Source: a virus (Duplodnaviria; Caudoviricetes). Taken from it: 37,876 bases of DNA. Under the pieces are notes generated by a model that was not told the origin of the DNA, made no database searches, and saw only the letters and a program-made list of their open reading frames with translations. The stretch is taken from positions 1-37,876 of IMG/VR virus record IMGVR_UViG_3300048886_001340; one strand, 5' to 3'. Of the stretch, positions 37,583-37,876 are shown one piece after another. A program made the translations under genes and the position numbers. Each line of letters starts with the position of its first letter. Position 1 is the first letter of the stretch.

Positions 37583-37599
37583 TATAAATAGTATAAATA
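37583..37599 (+). promoter_or_regulatory. Tandem late promoters TATAAATA (37583-37590 and 37592-37599)
   Basis: Two exact copies separated by one G, upstream of 37623. Confidence 0.85.
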
Positions 37600-37622
37600 T
37601 AATAGAATTATAGAGGAAACTT

Positions 37623-37853
37623 ATGTCTAATGAAACTCAAATTGGTGATATCGTATCGTTATCTAGAAGTGATGACGCTGCAGGAGTAAAAGCCGCTATT
37701 GGTGATTTACTCCAACAAAAAGTGATGGTATCGTTAGAAGGAAAAAAACAAGATTTCGCTAAAACTTTTTTAACTAAACCAAATACAGACCCGAAAGGGC
37801 CGGAAAGTCAAGAGGAAGTAGAAGATGGCAGCAGAGACACAAGTACTACGTGA
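37623..37853 (+). CDS. Small prohead core protein (gp67-like position)
   Basis: Follows the portal gene, with helical L..KV...LE.KK...A and a charged tail. Confidence 0.6.
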   Translation: MSNETQIGDIVSLSRSDDAAGVKAAIGDLLQQKVMVSLEGKKQDFAKTFLTKPNTDPKGPESQEEVEDGSRDTSTT

Positions 37854-37876
37854 TTGCGAAAAGAAATACATAGCAA
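37825..37876 (+). CDS. Start of next gene (MAAETQVLRDCEKKYIA...), partial
   Basis: ATG at 37825 preceded by GAGG. The frame stays open to the window end. Confidence 0.5.
   Translation, partial: MAAETQVLRDCEKKYIA

Noticed and set aside
1-37876. tRNA/rRNA genes or stop-codon reassignment
   Set aside because: Intergenic gaps are short with no cloverleaf seen, and the core genes translate full-length in the standard code.

Overview
This window is the virion morphogenesis region of an AT-rich T4-like (myovirus) phage, similar in layout to aquatic T4-like phages. The host cannot be determined from this window. Gene order is: baseplate wedge gp7 and gp8, a 2214-aa DUF4815/VrlC-type structural protein, a repeat-rich fibre protein, a ~10 kb accessory block, then gp13, gp14, gp15, terminase gp16/gp17, a degenerate antisense HNH-like gene, sheath gp18, tube gp19, portal gp20 and a probable prohead core gene. 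T4-type late promoters (TATAAATA) punctuate the region. The main point of interest is the block 16911-26714, which lies between two late promoters. It holds two paralogous small proteins that share an invariant 55-aa Cys/His/Tyr (CX3C) plus Gly-Tyr cassette under strong purifying selection. These are followed by two tail-fibre-chaperone-like paralogs and a tightly packed set of tailoring enzymes: three GT9-like glycosyltransferases, a U32-family Fe-S protein, two 2OG-Fe(II)-type oxygenases and a split carbamoyltransferase. This may be a RiPP-like system that chemically modifies a peptide displayed on the virion. All family calls come from motif recognition by eye, not from database searches.
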